Position numbers and translations under genes: made by a program. A DNA stretch of 64,000 nt from Candidatus Latescibacterota bacterium (GTDB lineage Bacteria; Krumholzibacteriota; Krumholzibacteriia; WVZY01). Below are positions 21,240-30,692 of this stretch, one piece after another; position 1 is the stretch's first letter, and every line of letters begins with the position of its first letter. The notes beneath the pieces are model-generated. The model saw only the letters and a list, made by a program, of their open reading frames with translations, did no database searches and was not told where the DNA came from. Where the stretch lies: NCBI GenBank assembly GCA_963791045.1, contig CAWBQK010000013.1, forward strand, positions 96,001-160,000, written 5' to 3'.

Positions 21240-21815
21240 ATGAAAAACGCATTTCGTATAGGGAACGTACTCTGCATTCTGCTCGTACTTGGTGTATTCG
21301 TAGGATGCGGCGACGATGACCCAGTCGCGGTCAACACGCCCACGGTCGATGTGAACGAAGCTGGCAGCATCGGTATCTATGCCGACACTGACGGTCGCTT
21401 CTCGCATCTGACCGATACTGGCGGCACAGTCACATTCCACGTCGTACACAAAGTCACCGACGGCGCCACCGCATCGGCCTTCAAAATCGAAGAGCCCGCG
21501 GGTTGGGTCCGGATCTCGGCAACCACCGATTTCCCCGTCGCTCTCGGCAACGTCGATGATGGAATCTCGATTGGCTACGGGCAGTGCATGTCCGGGTCGA
21601 TTCACGTGATGAGTCTGACCTACCGGTCGCCCGGCAACACTCAGCCCGGCGCGACTTTCAAAGTTCTTCCGCATGACCAGTGGCCGAACGCTGTCCAGGT
21701 CGTAAACTGCGGTGACAAGCTCCTCGAAGATGGCGTCGGCAAAGAATCGCCCGTCAATCTTCTCGGCGCTGACGAATCAAACGATCAGGAAAGACCGAGT
21801 TTCAGGCAGGAGTAG
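21240..21815 (+). CDS. hypothetical lipoprotein
   Basis: GGGAGG RBS; lipobox FVGC followed by GDDDPV; beta-rich domain with two Cys. Confidence 0.82.
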   Translation: MKNAFRIGNVLCILLVLGVFVGCGDDDPVAVNTPTVDVNEAGSIGIYADTDGRFSHLTDTGGTVTFHVVHKVTDGATASAFKIEEPAGWVRISATTDFPVALGNVDDGISIGYGQCMSGSIHVMSLTYRSPGNTQPGATFKVLPHDQWPNAVQVVNCGDKLLEDGVGKESPVNLLGADESNDQERPSFRQE

Positions 21816-21832
21816 AGAACCAGACAGGAGAC

Positions 21833-21866
21833 GAACGCGGGTGGCTCACCGCCCCCGCGTTCTGTT
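21833..21866 (+). terminator. probable terminator hairpin
   Basis: GAACGCGGG...CCCGCGTTC followed by TGTT, just after stop 21815; a second long hairpin (CGAGGTGTC..GACACCTCG) lies at ~21897-21934. Confidence 0.5.
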
Positions 21867-21991
21867 CCCTGACTCGATTCGGTTTTCCTGAAGACAAATT
21901 CGAGGTGTCCTCGCCACGGCGAGACACCTCGATTCTTTATTGCGCATCGTTTCGGCAGATGTGGCCGAAGGACTGACCGGGGTTGCGCATC

Positions 21992-22007
21992 TGGCACTTC
22001 GGTTGCT
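21992..22007 (+). promoter_or_regulatory. sigma54 (-24/-12) promoter
   Basis: TGGCACTTCGGTTGCT, a near-perfect consensus, ~50 bp upstream of the OmpA-family gene start. Confidence 0.75.
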
Positions 22008-22055
22008 AAACTCCCTACGTCTTAGAAAATCAAAGCCAAACCAGGAGGTACGGTT

Positions 22056-22720
22056 ATGCGGAGATGGATGTTGTTGGGCATCGTGGGGATACTGGTCGTG
22101 GGCATGATGGGGTGTTCGTGGAGCCAGAAAGCGAAAGGCGCGTTAATCGGCGCGGGAACCGGAGCCGCGGTCGGCGGAGCCATCGGTCACCAGTCGGGCA
22201 ACACAGCCGCCGGAGCCATAATCGGAGCCGCGGTCGGCGGGGCCGCGGGGCGTACATCGGCAACTACATGGACAAGCAGGCCGAGGAGATGGAGCGAGAC
22301 ATCGAGGGCGCCAAAATCGAACGTATCGGAGAAGGAATCAAGATCACGTTTGATTCGGGTTTGATGTTCGATGTGGACAAGGCATCCCTCAAACCGCAAA
22401 GCCAATCAAACCTCGAAAATCTGGCAACGATCCTGAACAAATATGACGACACAAATATTCTTCTCGAGGGTCACACCGACGCCAGCGGTTCGGAGGAGTA
22501 CAATCTCAATCTATCGAGATCGCGTTCCCAGTCGGTGGCGAACTATCTCGCCGGCCTCCAGGTCAACGAGACTCGTTTCACGATCATGGGATACGGAGAA
22601 GCACAACCGATCGCAACGAACGACACCGACGAAGGCAAATCACAGAATCGGCGTGTCGAAGTAGCGATCTACGCAAACGACAAGTTGAAAAAAGTCGCGG
22701 AGGATGAAGTCGAAGGCTGA
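22056..22720 (+). CDS. OmpA-family lipoprotein with glycine zipper (frameshift near 22250)
   Basis: AGGAGG RBS; MMGC lipobox; GALIGAGTGAAVGGAIG zipper; after a G-run the second frame gives YIGNYMDKQA, EGHTD, NLNLSRSR, NRRVE. Confidence 0.92.
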
Positions 22721-22966
22721 GCGCGACCCACTACCGTCCCGGCTAGCGCAGCAACCAGGGGTGTCGGAGCGGCGATCAACGCATCCGCGGCCCCGGGATT
22801 ACAACATAAAGGTGACGGAAAACCTTTAAATCATCTTCGAAAACCGGTATAACCTTTCGTGAGACGCCACGTCACTCTCCGTCGTTTCGAGCCCAGGGAG
22901 GAACTATTGAAACCAGATGCGGGACAGCGCAGCAAAAAAACCACACCCGCGCACACCGGCCCTGCC

Positions 22967-23689
22967 ATGCTCGCGATGTTTGAGCGGTACGGAAACACGC
23001 TGATCCTGATGACGATCGGGAGTGTTCTTGTCGCAACAATTCTGGGTGTCAGCTTCATCTCCCCACTTTTGTTTACGGCGGCGGGATTCCCTTTCTTTTA
23101 CGTGGCGATCACTCGAAACGATCATCGGGCAGGAATCGTTATCGTTTTTCGATGGGCCATCGCATTGTTCATCACCATTCTTGTCGCGGGCGTGTTTCTG
23201 CCGGATCGTCTCGGCGCCTCACTTCCGCTGTCGGCGAGCTCGGCCCACACTATCGAATCATGGATTCGTGACCCAGGCGCATCCCCTCCGGCCAACCTCA
23301 ACTACATCCTGTGGGGAATGTTCGCCTTTACCGTCGCGTCGATCGTAAGCGGCGGGCTGTTGGGATTCTTTTTGGGAGCCGTTGCAATTGGTGGCGCGGC
23401 GTATTCCGCTCTCCATGTTTTCCGTCATGGTTTTAACCTTATCCAGATATCGCTAATCGCGCTGCCCGTGTGGCAACTAAGCCTGTTCGTGGCGGGCGCG
23501 TTTGCGATGGTCCCGTTGAGTGTTTTTGTTTTCGAACGGTTCTTTAATGTTGAAAAACAAGCTCAGGAGTGGAAACTGCTACGAAGTTATATGTACGCAA
23601 GCGCTGGGTTCTTTGTTCTCAGTATCGCGCTCAGATACGCGACGGCGGGAGTATGGCGGCAACTCGTCGACCAGTGGACGGCTCTCTGA
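22967..23689 (+). CDS. hypothetical integral membrane protein
   Basis: About 6 hydrophobic segments; start uncertain (ORF opens at 22859). Confidence 0.7.
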   Translation: MLAMFERYGNTLILMTIGSVLVATILGVSFISPLLFTAAGFPFFYVAITRNDHRAGIVIVFRWAIALFITILVAGVFLPDRLGASLPLSASSAHTIESWIRDPGASPPANLNYILWGMFAFTVASIVSGGLLGFFLGAVAIGGAAYSALHVFRHGFNLIQISLIALPVWQLSLFVAGAFAMVPLSVFVFERFFNVEKQAQEWKLLRSYMYASAGFFVLSIALRYATAGVWRQLVDQWTAL

Positions 23690-23713
23690 TCGGCATCTTT
23701 TAAACGAATAAAC

Positions 23714-23741
23714 AAAAAGGGCGCCCATAGGCGCCCTTTTT
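23714..23741. terminator. bidirectional intrinsic terminator
   Basis: AAAAAGGGCGCC-CATA-GGCGCCCTTTTT between convergent genes. Confidence 0.88.
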
Positions 23742-23762
23742 CGTACCTGGCTCAACTTGCCC

Positions 23763-25985
23763 TTAGCCACATCTGGAATAACCGCAAGCACGGCAAACAT
23801 TGCAACCACCGTCGAACTCCAGCGGGCTTCCGCAATCGATGCAAAGTCCGGCCAGCCGGTTTCCGAGCGACTCGGAAGCGAGTGAGACGACTTCGGATTG
23901 GTCATAATCCCCTTCGGCGAGATGTTGTTCAAGCGCTTTGCTGATCGCATCGGCGCAGGAAAGCACAAGTTTGCCCTCCTCCCACGCGGGTGAAGGACAA
24001 CGCACTCCACGCAGCTGTTTGACGATCGACGCGGGCTCCACGCCGGCGCGCAACGCGAGCGATATCAGCCGACCAATAGCCTCCGCCTGTGACGCGGCGC
24101 ACCCGCCCGCTTTGCCGATCTGTGCGAATAACTCAAAAGGTCCGTTCTCATCGTCATTGATGGTCACGTAGAGGGCGCCGCATCCGGTCGGCTTTTTCCG
24201 TGTCCGTCCCTCGAGGGCGCCGGGACGCTTCCGCGGTGTAAGCACATCGCCTTCGATCTCGTTATCGTTCACCTGGCCGATATTGAGCACCTGGGCCTCA
24301 CGGCTTCCGTCACGGTAGATCGTAACACCCTTGCACCCCAGCTGATATGCGAGCATGAACACTTCTTCGACGTCAACGGCCCTCGCGTCACTGGGAAAGT
24401 TGACTGTCTTTGACACGGCGTTATCCGTGTATTTCTGGAAAGCCGCCTGCATTCGCACGTGGGCGTCCGGCGTGATGTCGTAAGCGCAGCGGAAAATCTG
24501 CCGCCACTTGTCCGGCACACCTTCAACTTCGCGGACACTTCCAACCTTGGCGATTTCCTTCATGAGTTCTTCGCTGTAGAAACCTTCGTCCATCGCCACC
24601 TGTTTGAACAGCGGGTTCACTTCGATCAGCTGATCGTTGTCCATCACATTACGAATGTACGCGATCGCAAATATCGGCTCGATCCCGCTCGATGCGTTGG
24701 CAATGATACTGATAGTTCCCGTCGGCGCGATTGTAGTCGTCGTAGCGTTACGATGCGGTTGATTTCCCGACTTGTCATATATACTTCCAGGAAAATTCGC
24801 GAAGGCCCCACGCTCTTCGGCAAGTTCCTGTGTCGCCGCGCGCGACTGAGCCTGGATAAACTGCATGACATCTTCGGCCGTCGACACCGCCTTGTCCGAG
24901 TCATAAGGGATACCCAAACGAATGAGCATATCGGCAAAACCCATCACTCCCAGACCGATCTTTCTGTTCGCTTTTGTCATGCGATCGATCGACGGGATAG
25001 GGTACTTGCTCATCTCAATCACGTTGTCGAGGAACCGAACCGCGGTACGAACGTTCTTGGCCAGAAGATCGTAATCAAGGTAGGCGTCGCCGTTGTCACC
25101 CGTCACCACGTTCTTGAGGTTCAGAGATCCGAGATTGCACGATTCGTATGGGAGCAGAGGCTGCTCGCCGCACGGGTTCGTGCTCTCGATTTCCCCGATT
25201 AGAGGTGTCGGGTTATCACGATTGATCCTGTCGATAAAGACGATACCAGGCTCGCCATTCCGCCAGGCCGACTCCACGATCGCCTGAAATACCTTCCACG
25301 CGGGCAAACGGCCGTCCTTCTTGCCCGTCCTGGGATTGATCAAGTCGTACTCCGAGTCGGCCATCGCCGCTTTCATGAATTCTTCGGTCACCGCTACCGA
25401 AATATTGAAGTTCGTCAACTTGTCGGTCTTGGTCTTACACGCGATGAAATCCATAATGTCCGGATGATCCACCCTCAAGATCGCCATGTTGGCGCCCCGT
25501 CGCCGTCCGCCTTGCTTGACCGCCTCGGTCGCCGAATCAAAGACGCTCATAAAGGAAATGGGACCGCTCGAAATACCTTTTGTGCTCCGCACGACATCGT
25601 TCTTCGGACGAAGCCGCGAGAATGAAAAACCAGTCCCCCCACCGCTCTTGTGGATCAGAGCCGCGTCTTTGACCGTCTCGAATATTGATTCCATCGAATC
25701 ATCAACGGGGAGAACAAAACAGGCGGCAAGCTGTTGGATGTCGGTTCCCGCGTTCATAAGCGTGGGCGAGTTCGGCAAAAATCCCAGATTGGTCATGATG
25801 TCGAAAAACTCGCCTTCCCAGCGCTCGCGGTTTTCTTCGCTGTCATTGTAACTAAGCTCTGCCTGAGAAATGCTCTTCGCCACCCTTCGGAACATCTCGT
25901 CATAGGTCTCGAGGACCTCCCCCTCGGCGTTTTTCCGTAAGTAGCGGCTTTCAAGTACACGCACTGCGTTCTCAGTCAGTTTCAT
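23763..25985 (-). CDS. nrdJ: class II (adenosylcobalamin-dependent) ribonucleotide reductase with C-terminal TSCPD/zinc-ribbon region
   Basis: FLPNSPTLMNAG, AACFV, GGGTG, RRGANM, TNPCGEQPL, IAPTGTIS, KGVTIYRDGSR, TGCGALYVTIN, terminal CxxC...CxxC. Confidence 0.95.
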   Translation of the reverse strand: MKLTENAVRVLESRYLRKNAEGEVLETYDEMFRRVAKSISQAELSYNDSEENRERWEGEFFDIMTNLGFLPNSPTLMNAGTDIQQLAACFVLPVDDSMESIFETVKDAALIHKSGGGTGFSFSRLRPKNDVVRSTKGISSGPISFMSVFDSATEAVKQGGRRRGANMAILRVDHPDIMDFIACKTKTDKLTNFNISVAVTEEFMKAAMADSEYDLINPRTGKKDGRLPAWKVFQAIVESAWRNGEPGIVFIDRINRDNPTPLIGEIESTNPCGEQPLLPYESCNLGSLNLKNVVTGDNGDAYLDYDLLAKNVRTAVRFLDNVIEMSKYPIPSIDRMTKANRKIGLGVMGFADMLIRLGIPYDSDKAVSTAEDVMQFIQAQSRAATQELAEERGAFANFPGSIYDKSGNQPHRNATTTTIAPTGTISIIANASSGIEPIFAIAYIRNVMDNDQLIEVNPLFKQVAMDEGFYSEELMKEIAKVGSVREVEGVPDKWRQIFRCAYDITPDAHVRMQAAFQKYTDNAVSKTVNFPSDARAVDVEEVFMLAYQLGCKGVTIYRDGSREAQVLNIGQVNDNEIEGDVLTPRKRPGALEGRTRKKPTGCGALYVTINDDENGPFELFAQIGKAGGCAASQAEAIGRLISLALRAGVEPASIVKQLRGVRCPSPAWEEGKLVLSCADAISKALEQHLAEGDYDQSEVVSLASESLGNRLAGLCIDCGSPLEFDGGCNVCRACGYSRCG

Positions 25986-26118
25986 TTTCGATCCCTTTTT
26001 CCTTGTAGTTCCTGTTTCCTGCGTCAACTTCCCAACAAATGCCGGACAGGTGATTTCCGGCGCGTCCTCTCATTTTGCATTCCTTCGAAAAAAAGACAAG
26101 CATCTTTTCAACTAAAAT

Positions 26119-26164
26119 ATACAATATATAGGGGCTGGCTTCCAGTATCCACTATATATAGGAC
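26119..26164. promoter_or_regulatory. tandem NrdR boxes
   Basis: ATACAATATATAGGGG (26119) and CCACTATATATAGGAC (26149), 30 bp apart, upstream of nrdJ; match the acaCwAtATaTwGtgt-type consensus. Confidence 0.8.
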
Positions 26165-26330
26165 TATTTTAGAACTCTCAGCTCGAGCGGCGCAACCCGC
26201 TGTAATCGTTCAAGATCATCATTTTCACCCCAGATATCCCCGCCATTCCCGAGTTGTCCTGATTCTTGCAACATCACGGAGAAATCCCGTCTAAGTATCA
26301 AGACTTTGGCAGCTTGCGAGGAGCCACCCG

Positions 26331-27875
26331 ATGCTACACCTGCGAATCATCCGAGCCGCCGGCAATCAGGACGCCGTGTCGATCGCCGACCAGGGGTTCC
26401 CCTATACGGTGGGTCGCGACGGAGAAAACAAGCTCCACATCGGGAGTACGGCGGTCTCGAGATTTCACGCCGTTCTCGTGGCTGAAGACGGAACCCACTT
26501 CGTCCAGGACATGGACAGCACCAATGGAACGTTCTTAAACGGGAAGCCGATCCGCAAGGCCAAAATCACCCCCGGAGACAAAATAACGATCGCAAACATT
26601 GATATAGTGGTTGAAGGGACCCCAGCTGCGATCCCCGAAAAAACAGTCCCCCTCGACCTTACCGTCTCCGTCGACAACCCGATACCGAGCGACTCGACAA
26701 TCACCGTCAAAAACCCCACCGAAGAGCTTTTCTTCGAGGATCTCTTCGAGAACGCCCCATCCCTGGGCGAGGAGAAGTCACGGCGATCGCTCGAAGTGCT
26801 CTACAGGGCGGACAAAATCGCCCGTGACATCGATGATTTCGGGCAGATGCTCGAGAATCTCATGGATTTGATTCTTGAGGTCATCCCCGCGTCGCGCGGG
26901 TACATCTTTCTCGTAAACCGGGACACGGGGAAACTCAACCCGTACGTCAGACGCGCACCGGACTCGATTGCCGGCGACACCGAAATCGTCGTGAGCAACA
27001 CAATTCTCAGCGCGGCCGTCGGACAGAAAGAATCGCTTTTGTCAAACGACGCGCTGGTCGATGAGCGTTTTGTTCATTCGAGAAGCATATCCGATCTCAA
27101 AGTTCGGAGCGCAATGTGTTCGCCTCTGGTGAACCGCGGGAAAGTTCTCGGAATCATCTATATCGATTCCAACGACAGATCGAACCTGTACACCAAGGAC
27201 GACCTCGCGTTGCTCTCAGCTCTGGCTTCGAAGGCCGGCATCTCGCTCGACAACGCCCGGCTCTACGATGACCAGAGAAATCTCTTCTACAATGCCGTCG
27301 AAACTCTCGTTCGCGCCATCCAGGCGAGAGACCCCTACACCAGCGGACACTCGACCAGGGTGAGCAGGTATTCGCTGCTTATCGCCGAGAAACTCGACCT
27401 GACGACAAAAGAAAAACACCAGCTCTACCTCGCCGCGATGCTTCATGACATCGGAAAGATCGGAATACCGGACGGGCTATTGAACCGCAAAGGCAAACTC
27501 ACCGAAGAAGAGATCCAGCAGATCCGTAACCATGTCACCGTGGGCGCACAGATGCTCCAGGCGCTTGGAGAAATGCACCCCATCGTACCGTTGATCCTCC
27601 ATCACCACGAAGCATGGGACGGCTCGGGATATCCGGACAAGCTGAAGGGCGAGCAGATTCCGCTGATGTCGCGGATTCTGGCGGTCGCGGATACGTATGA
27701 CGCAATGACCTCCGATCGTCCCTATCGAGAAGCGATGGCGGCATCGGACGCAATTGCGGAACTAAAACGCTGTTCGGGATCACACTTCGACCCAATGGTC
27801 GTCGAAAAGTTTCTGCAGGTGCTCGACGAGCAAGGCACCGCCATGGTCGATCTTGAGCCGCAGCTGGTTATTTGA
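26331..27875 (+). CDS. FHA-GAF-HD-GYP phosphodiesterase
   Basis: FHA: GR..VSRFHA..STNGTFLNG; GAF: SAMCSPL..LGIIYID; HD-GYP: YTSGHS, HDIGK, HHEAWDGSGYP, ADTYDAMTSDRPYR. Confidence 0.92.
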   Translation: MLHLRIIRAAGNQDAVSIADQGFPYTVGRDGENKLHIGSTAVSRFHAVLVAEDGTHFVQDMDSTNGTFLNGKPIRKAKITPGDKITIANIDIVVEGTPAAIPEKTVPLDLTVSVDNPIPSDSTITVKNPTEELFFEDLFENAPSLGEEKSRRSLEVLYRADKIARDIDDFGQMLENLMDLILEVIPASRGYIFLVNRDTGKLNPYVRRAPDSIAGDTEIVVSNTILSAAVGQKESLLSNDALVDERFVHSRSISDLKVRSAMCSPLVNRGKVLGIIYIDSNDRSNLYTKDDLALLSALASKAGISLDNARLYDDQRNLFYNAVETLVRAIQARDPYTSGHSTRVSRYSLLIAEKLDLTTKEKHQLYLAAMLHDIGKIGIPDGLLNRKGKLTEEEIQQIRNHVTVGAQMLQALGEMHPIVPLILHHHEAWDGSGYPDKLKGEQIPLMSRILAVADTYDAMTSDRPYREAMAASDAIAELKRCSGSHFDPMVVEKFLQVLDEQGTAMVDLEPQLVI

Positions 27876-28758
27876 GCCCGATCTCCCCCACTTCGACAAC
27901 ATCTCCGCCGCCGTGAACCGAACTGAAAACCAGGCGAATGGCTGACGCTTTTCTCGCCTTCTCGTTGAGCTGGATCATCTGCGAGCCGGCCACCGGCTTC
28001 AGATCGATCTCATCGACCTTTTTCCCATCCGCGCTGATGATACACTTGCCGGGCTGTCCTGTTTCCAGCGTATGGATGGTGAGGATACCGCCCTTCGATC
28101 CGAACGGCGTATAGAACTCGATAAATGTTTCCCCCGCGGCGGTTGATGATTTCCACGCGGTCGTCGTGTCGCCGTCGAAACATTTCCACATGCCGAATTC
28201 TTCCGAGACCGGCGCGGACGAAGTTCCATTCATCGCAAGCCAGTCGGATCTATCCTTGGCGAAGAGAGTGAACGAATCGTCCTGGGTGAACGCTTCGACC
28301 TCACCGTTCTTGCCGGTGATCTGAACGTCCCACAACCCGTCGTCGTTGAGCTCAACGTTTTCGACTTTTTCGGGAACCATGTTTTCGAAGTACCAATGCC
28401 ACGACGGCGAGAGGAATCCACCGGTCTTTTTCAGATAGACAACTCCGCCCGACTTCTTCGCGCCCTTGTCTGTATAAATCAACGCGCGGCCCTTCTTGTT
28501 AACTTCCTGGGAAGGAAAATCCCCGTAGGAGGCCACGACGAATCCTGCCGCTTCGATGATTTCGCGGCCTTCAGTGAACTCATCGTCTATCGATACGTCA
28601 CCTTTGGCTTCCCTGGATAGTTCAACCAGACTGCCTGGTTTGGCGGCCGTCTCGGATTTATCGGCTGCCGAATCTTCGTCTTTGTTGCCACAGGCCGAGA
28701 ATGTGAGAGCGATAACACAGAACGCCGCAACGAGCAGCGCGAGTTTGCGGAAATGCAT
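27868..28758 (-). CDS. lipoprotein with discoidin/F5-8C-like C-terminal domain
   Basis: Lipobox FSAC; LNDDGLWDV putative calcium loop; CFDGDTTTAWKS resembles discoidin-like domains. Confidence 0.7.
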   Translation of the reverse strand: MHFRKLALLVAAFCVIALTFSACGNKDEDSAADKSETAAKPGSLVELSREAKGDVSIDDEFTEGREIIEAAGFVVASYGDFPSQEVNKKGRALIYTDKGAKKSGGVVYLKKTGGFLSPSWHWYFENMVPEKVENVELNDDGLWDVQITGKNGEVEAFTQDDSFTLFAKDRSDWLAMNGTSSAPVSEEFGMWKCFDGDTTTAWKSSTAAGETFIEFYTPFGSKGGILTIHTLETGQPGKCIISADGKKVDEIDLKPVAGSQMIQLNEKARKASAIRLVFSSVHGGGDVVEVGEIGLK

Positions 28759-29019
28759 ATCAAAACCTTCCTTTTTGGTGAATAACCATACAATTATGCC
28801 CAAACGAGCCCCGTATGTCAATACATGTAACAGACTTCGACGAACGGGACTAGCGGTCGTCGGTCCGGCTTTTCGCGCGTCGGCCGCATTGATTCCCAGT
28901 CGACGGACTCACGTGTACGATTTTGTCTTGAGCAATTCGGAAGAGTGGTATATACCGAAAGCGGTTCGGGCAACATCACACGTCGATCATCCGTATGACT
29001 GGGGATGAAAGGAGCCTCC

Positions 29020-29664
29020 GTGAAAAGATTCGCCACTCTGGTTTTTGTCTTATCGGTTCTTTCCGCCCTGGCTCCCACCCGGACGGTCGCCCAGGTTTTT
29101 TATCAGTTTCCGGAGGCGCCCGTCGTCAGCGAAGGACACGTGGCCACCGGCCCGTATCTTGCCATCGGTGACAACGAGATTTTCAGGCTCGGCGGGTACG
29201 TTCGACTGAACGCGACCAAATATTTTGACGTCGGAGCCGAACTGCTCGCGGGGTCGATGGATGGCGACGCCCAGTGGGGCGGCGGCGTGGATGTCAAAAT
29301 CAGTCTTTTTCCGCCAACAGCGTCTATCCCCTTTGATCTGTCCGCGACGGCAGGCATGGGCGCGGTAGCCGGCGATGCCGCCCGAGTATTCCAGGCGCCT
29401 TTCGGTGGAATCATTTCGAGTCCGTTTACGCTGGAGAACGGAAGTCAGATCGTCCCCTACCTCGGCGTGTATTTGCTGGTCGTCAATACCAAGGTCAAGA
29501 TCGAAAACGCGGACGACATATCGGACACCGATCTCGATGTCGAGGCACGCGGTGGGGTCAAATATACCCTCGCCTCGGGTCCGGAGATTTTCGCCGCGGT
29601 TCACATCGGACGCGACGGACTGTTTATGATTGGTATGAATTTCTGGCCGAAGGGGCGCAACTAG
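29020..29664 (+). CDS. putative small outer-membrane beta-barrel protein
   Basis: AAAGGAG RBS and GTG start; signal peptide; alternating amphipathic strands, VPYLG motif, aromatic residues near the C-terminus. Confidence 0.68.
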   Translation: MKRFATLVFVLSVLSALAPTRTVAQVFYQFPEAPVVSEGHVATGPYLAIGDNEIFRLGGYVRLNATKYFDVGAELLAGSMDGDAQWGGGVDVKISLFPPTASIPFDLSATAGMGAVAGDAARVFQAPFGGIISSPFTLENGSQIVPYLGVYLLVVNTKVKIENADDISDTDLDVEARGGVKYTLASGPEIFAAVHIGRDGLFMIGMNFWPKGRN

Positions 29665-30416
29665 CTCTTCTCGAGGATCTTGATCACCAGCACGGTTACG
29701 TTGTCTTTTCCACCCATTTCGTTCGCCAGGTCGACGAGCTTGTCGCACGCTTCCCGAGGCGAATTCGACGCCACGACCGCCTCGAGATCTTCTTCATCGA
29801 CCAGCGACGTCAATCCATCCGAACAAAGCAGAAAAACATCCCCGTCGATAAGCGGGAATGGCGAGTCAGGTGTGTCGGTGATTAGATCCTCATGGGTGCC
29901 GAGCGATCGCGTAATTACGTTTCGGCGGGGGTGAACTTTTGCGTCCTCGTCGGAAATGATTCCGGACCGGACCATTTCGCCGACAAGCGAGTGATCTTCG
30001 GTTACCTGTTTGAGTTCGCCGCCCCTCAAGACGTATGCCCTCGAGTCACCGACGTGGGCAAAATAGGCTTCGTTTGGTCGAATCGCCATCGCAGTACACG
30101 TGGTTCCCATTCCAAAGAGCGCGACATCCTCGTGTGATCTTTCGATGATCACGCGGTTCGCGGCGCTAAATGCCTTCCGGAATGTATCAATGAGGTTTTT
30201 TTCATCGGACTCATAGAACGAGGCGATTACGGTGTCGACGGCGAGCTTGCTCGCAATTTCACCACCCCTGTGGCCACCCATCCCATCCGCCACGATAAAG
30301 AGCATTCCTTTGTCGTTGCGGACATTCTCATCGGTGGGTTCAAAGTGACCCAGGGCGTCCTCGTTGCGCTGGCGGACCTGCCCGATATGGCTGAGCGAAG
30401 CGACTTCGATCTTCAT
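29661..30416 (-). CDS. PP2C-type Ser/Thr protein phosphatase (Stp1/PrpC family)
   Basis: RQRNED, VADGMGGHRGG, GMGTT, HVGDSRAY, LCSDGL, GGKDNVT. Confidence 0.95.
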   Translation of the reverse strand: MKIEVASLSHIGQVRQRNEDALGHFEPTDENVRNDKGMLFIVADGMGGHRGGEIASKLAVDTVIASFYESDEKNLIDTFRKAFSAANRVIIERSHEDVALFGMGTTCTAMAIRPNEAYFAHVGDSRAYVLRGGELKQVTEDHSLVGEMVRSGIISDEDAKVHPRRNVITRSLGTHEDLITDTPDSPFPLIDGDVFLLCSDGLTSLVDEEDLEAVVASNSPREACDKLVDLANEMGGKDNVTVLVIKILEKS

Positions 30417-30565
30417 TTCTCTTTCCCTTTCAATCACTTAACTGCCTCAACCTAATATATTCGGGATCGCATAGTCAAGGAGTTTGGCCGACCTTACATC
30501 GGCTCAACCTGCCGGTTTCGGTTGGAGAACAAAAAATGCTAAAAACGACCGATCGCGGTCTATAC

Positions 30566-30581
30566 TGGCATATTTTACGCA
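30566..30581 (+). promoter_or_regulatory. possible sigma54 promoter of the FHA gene
   Basis: TGGCATATTTTACGCA (GG-N10-GC), ~115 bp upstream of the start. Confidence 0.35.
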
Positions 30582-30692
30582 ATTGTTCCTGGATGCTACC
30601 AAAAGTGCCAGATTTTCGATAACTGAAAAAACATCGTTTTATAAGTGGTTATTAAAAAGCCTCTTACAGAGGCGATCGATTGAACACGGAGG

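Noticed and set aside
22240..22260. Programmed frameshifting or phase variation in OmpA, mutM and GT paralog 2
   Set aside because: The runs are short and similar indels occur across unrelated genes; sequencing error is simpler
25986..26330. Cobalamin riboswitch upstream of nrdJ (also checked upstream of the radical SAM gene)
   Set aside because: No recognisable B12-box or GGGAA..GCCCCCGCAACTGT-like core seen by eye
30594..30610. sigma54 promoter for the PP2C gene (minus strand TGGCACTTTTGGTAGCA)
   Set aside because: GG-to-GC spacing is 11 rather than 10; valid only if the T run is miscalled
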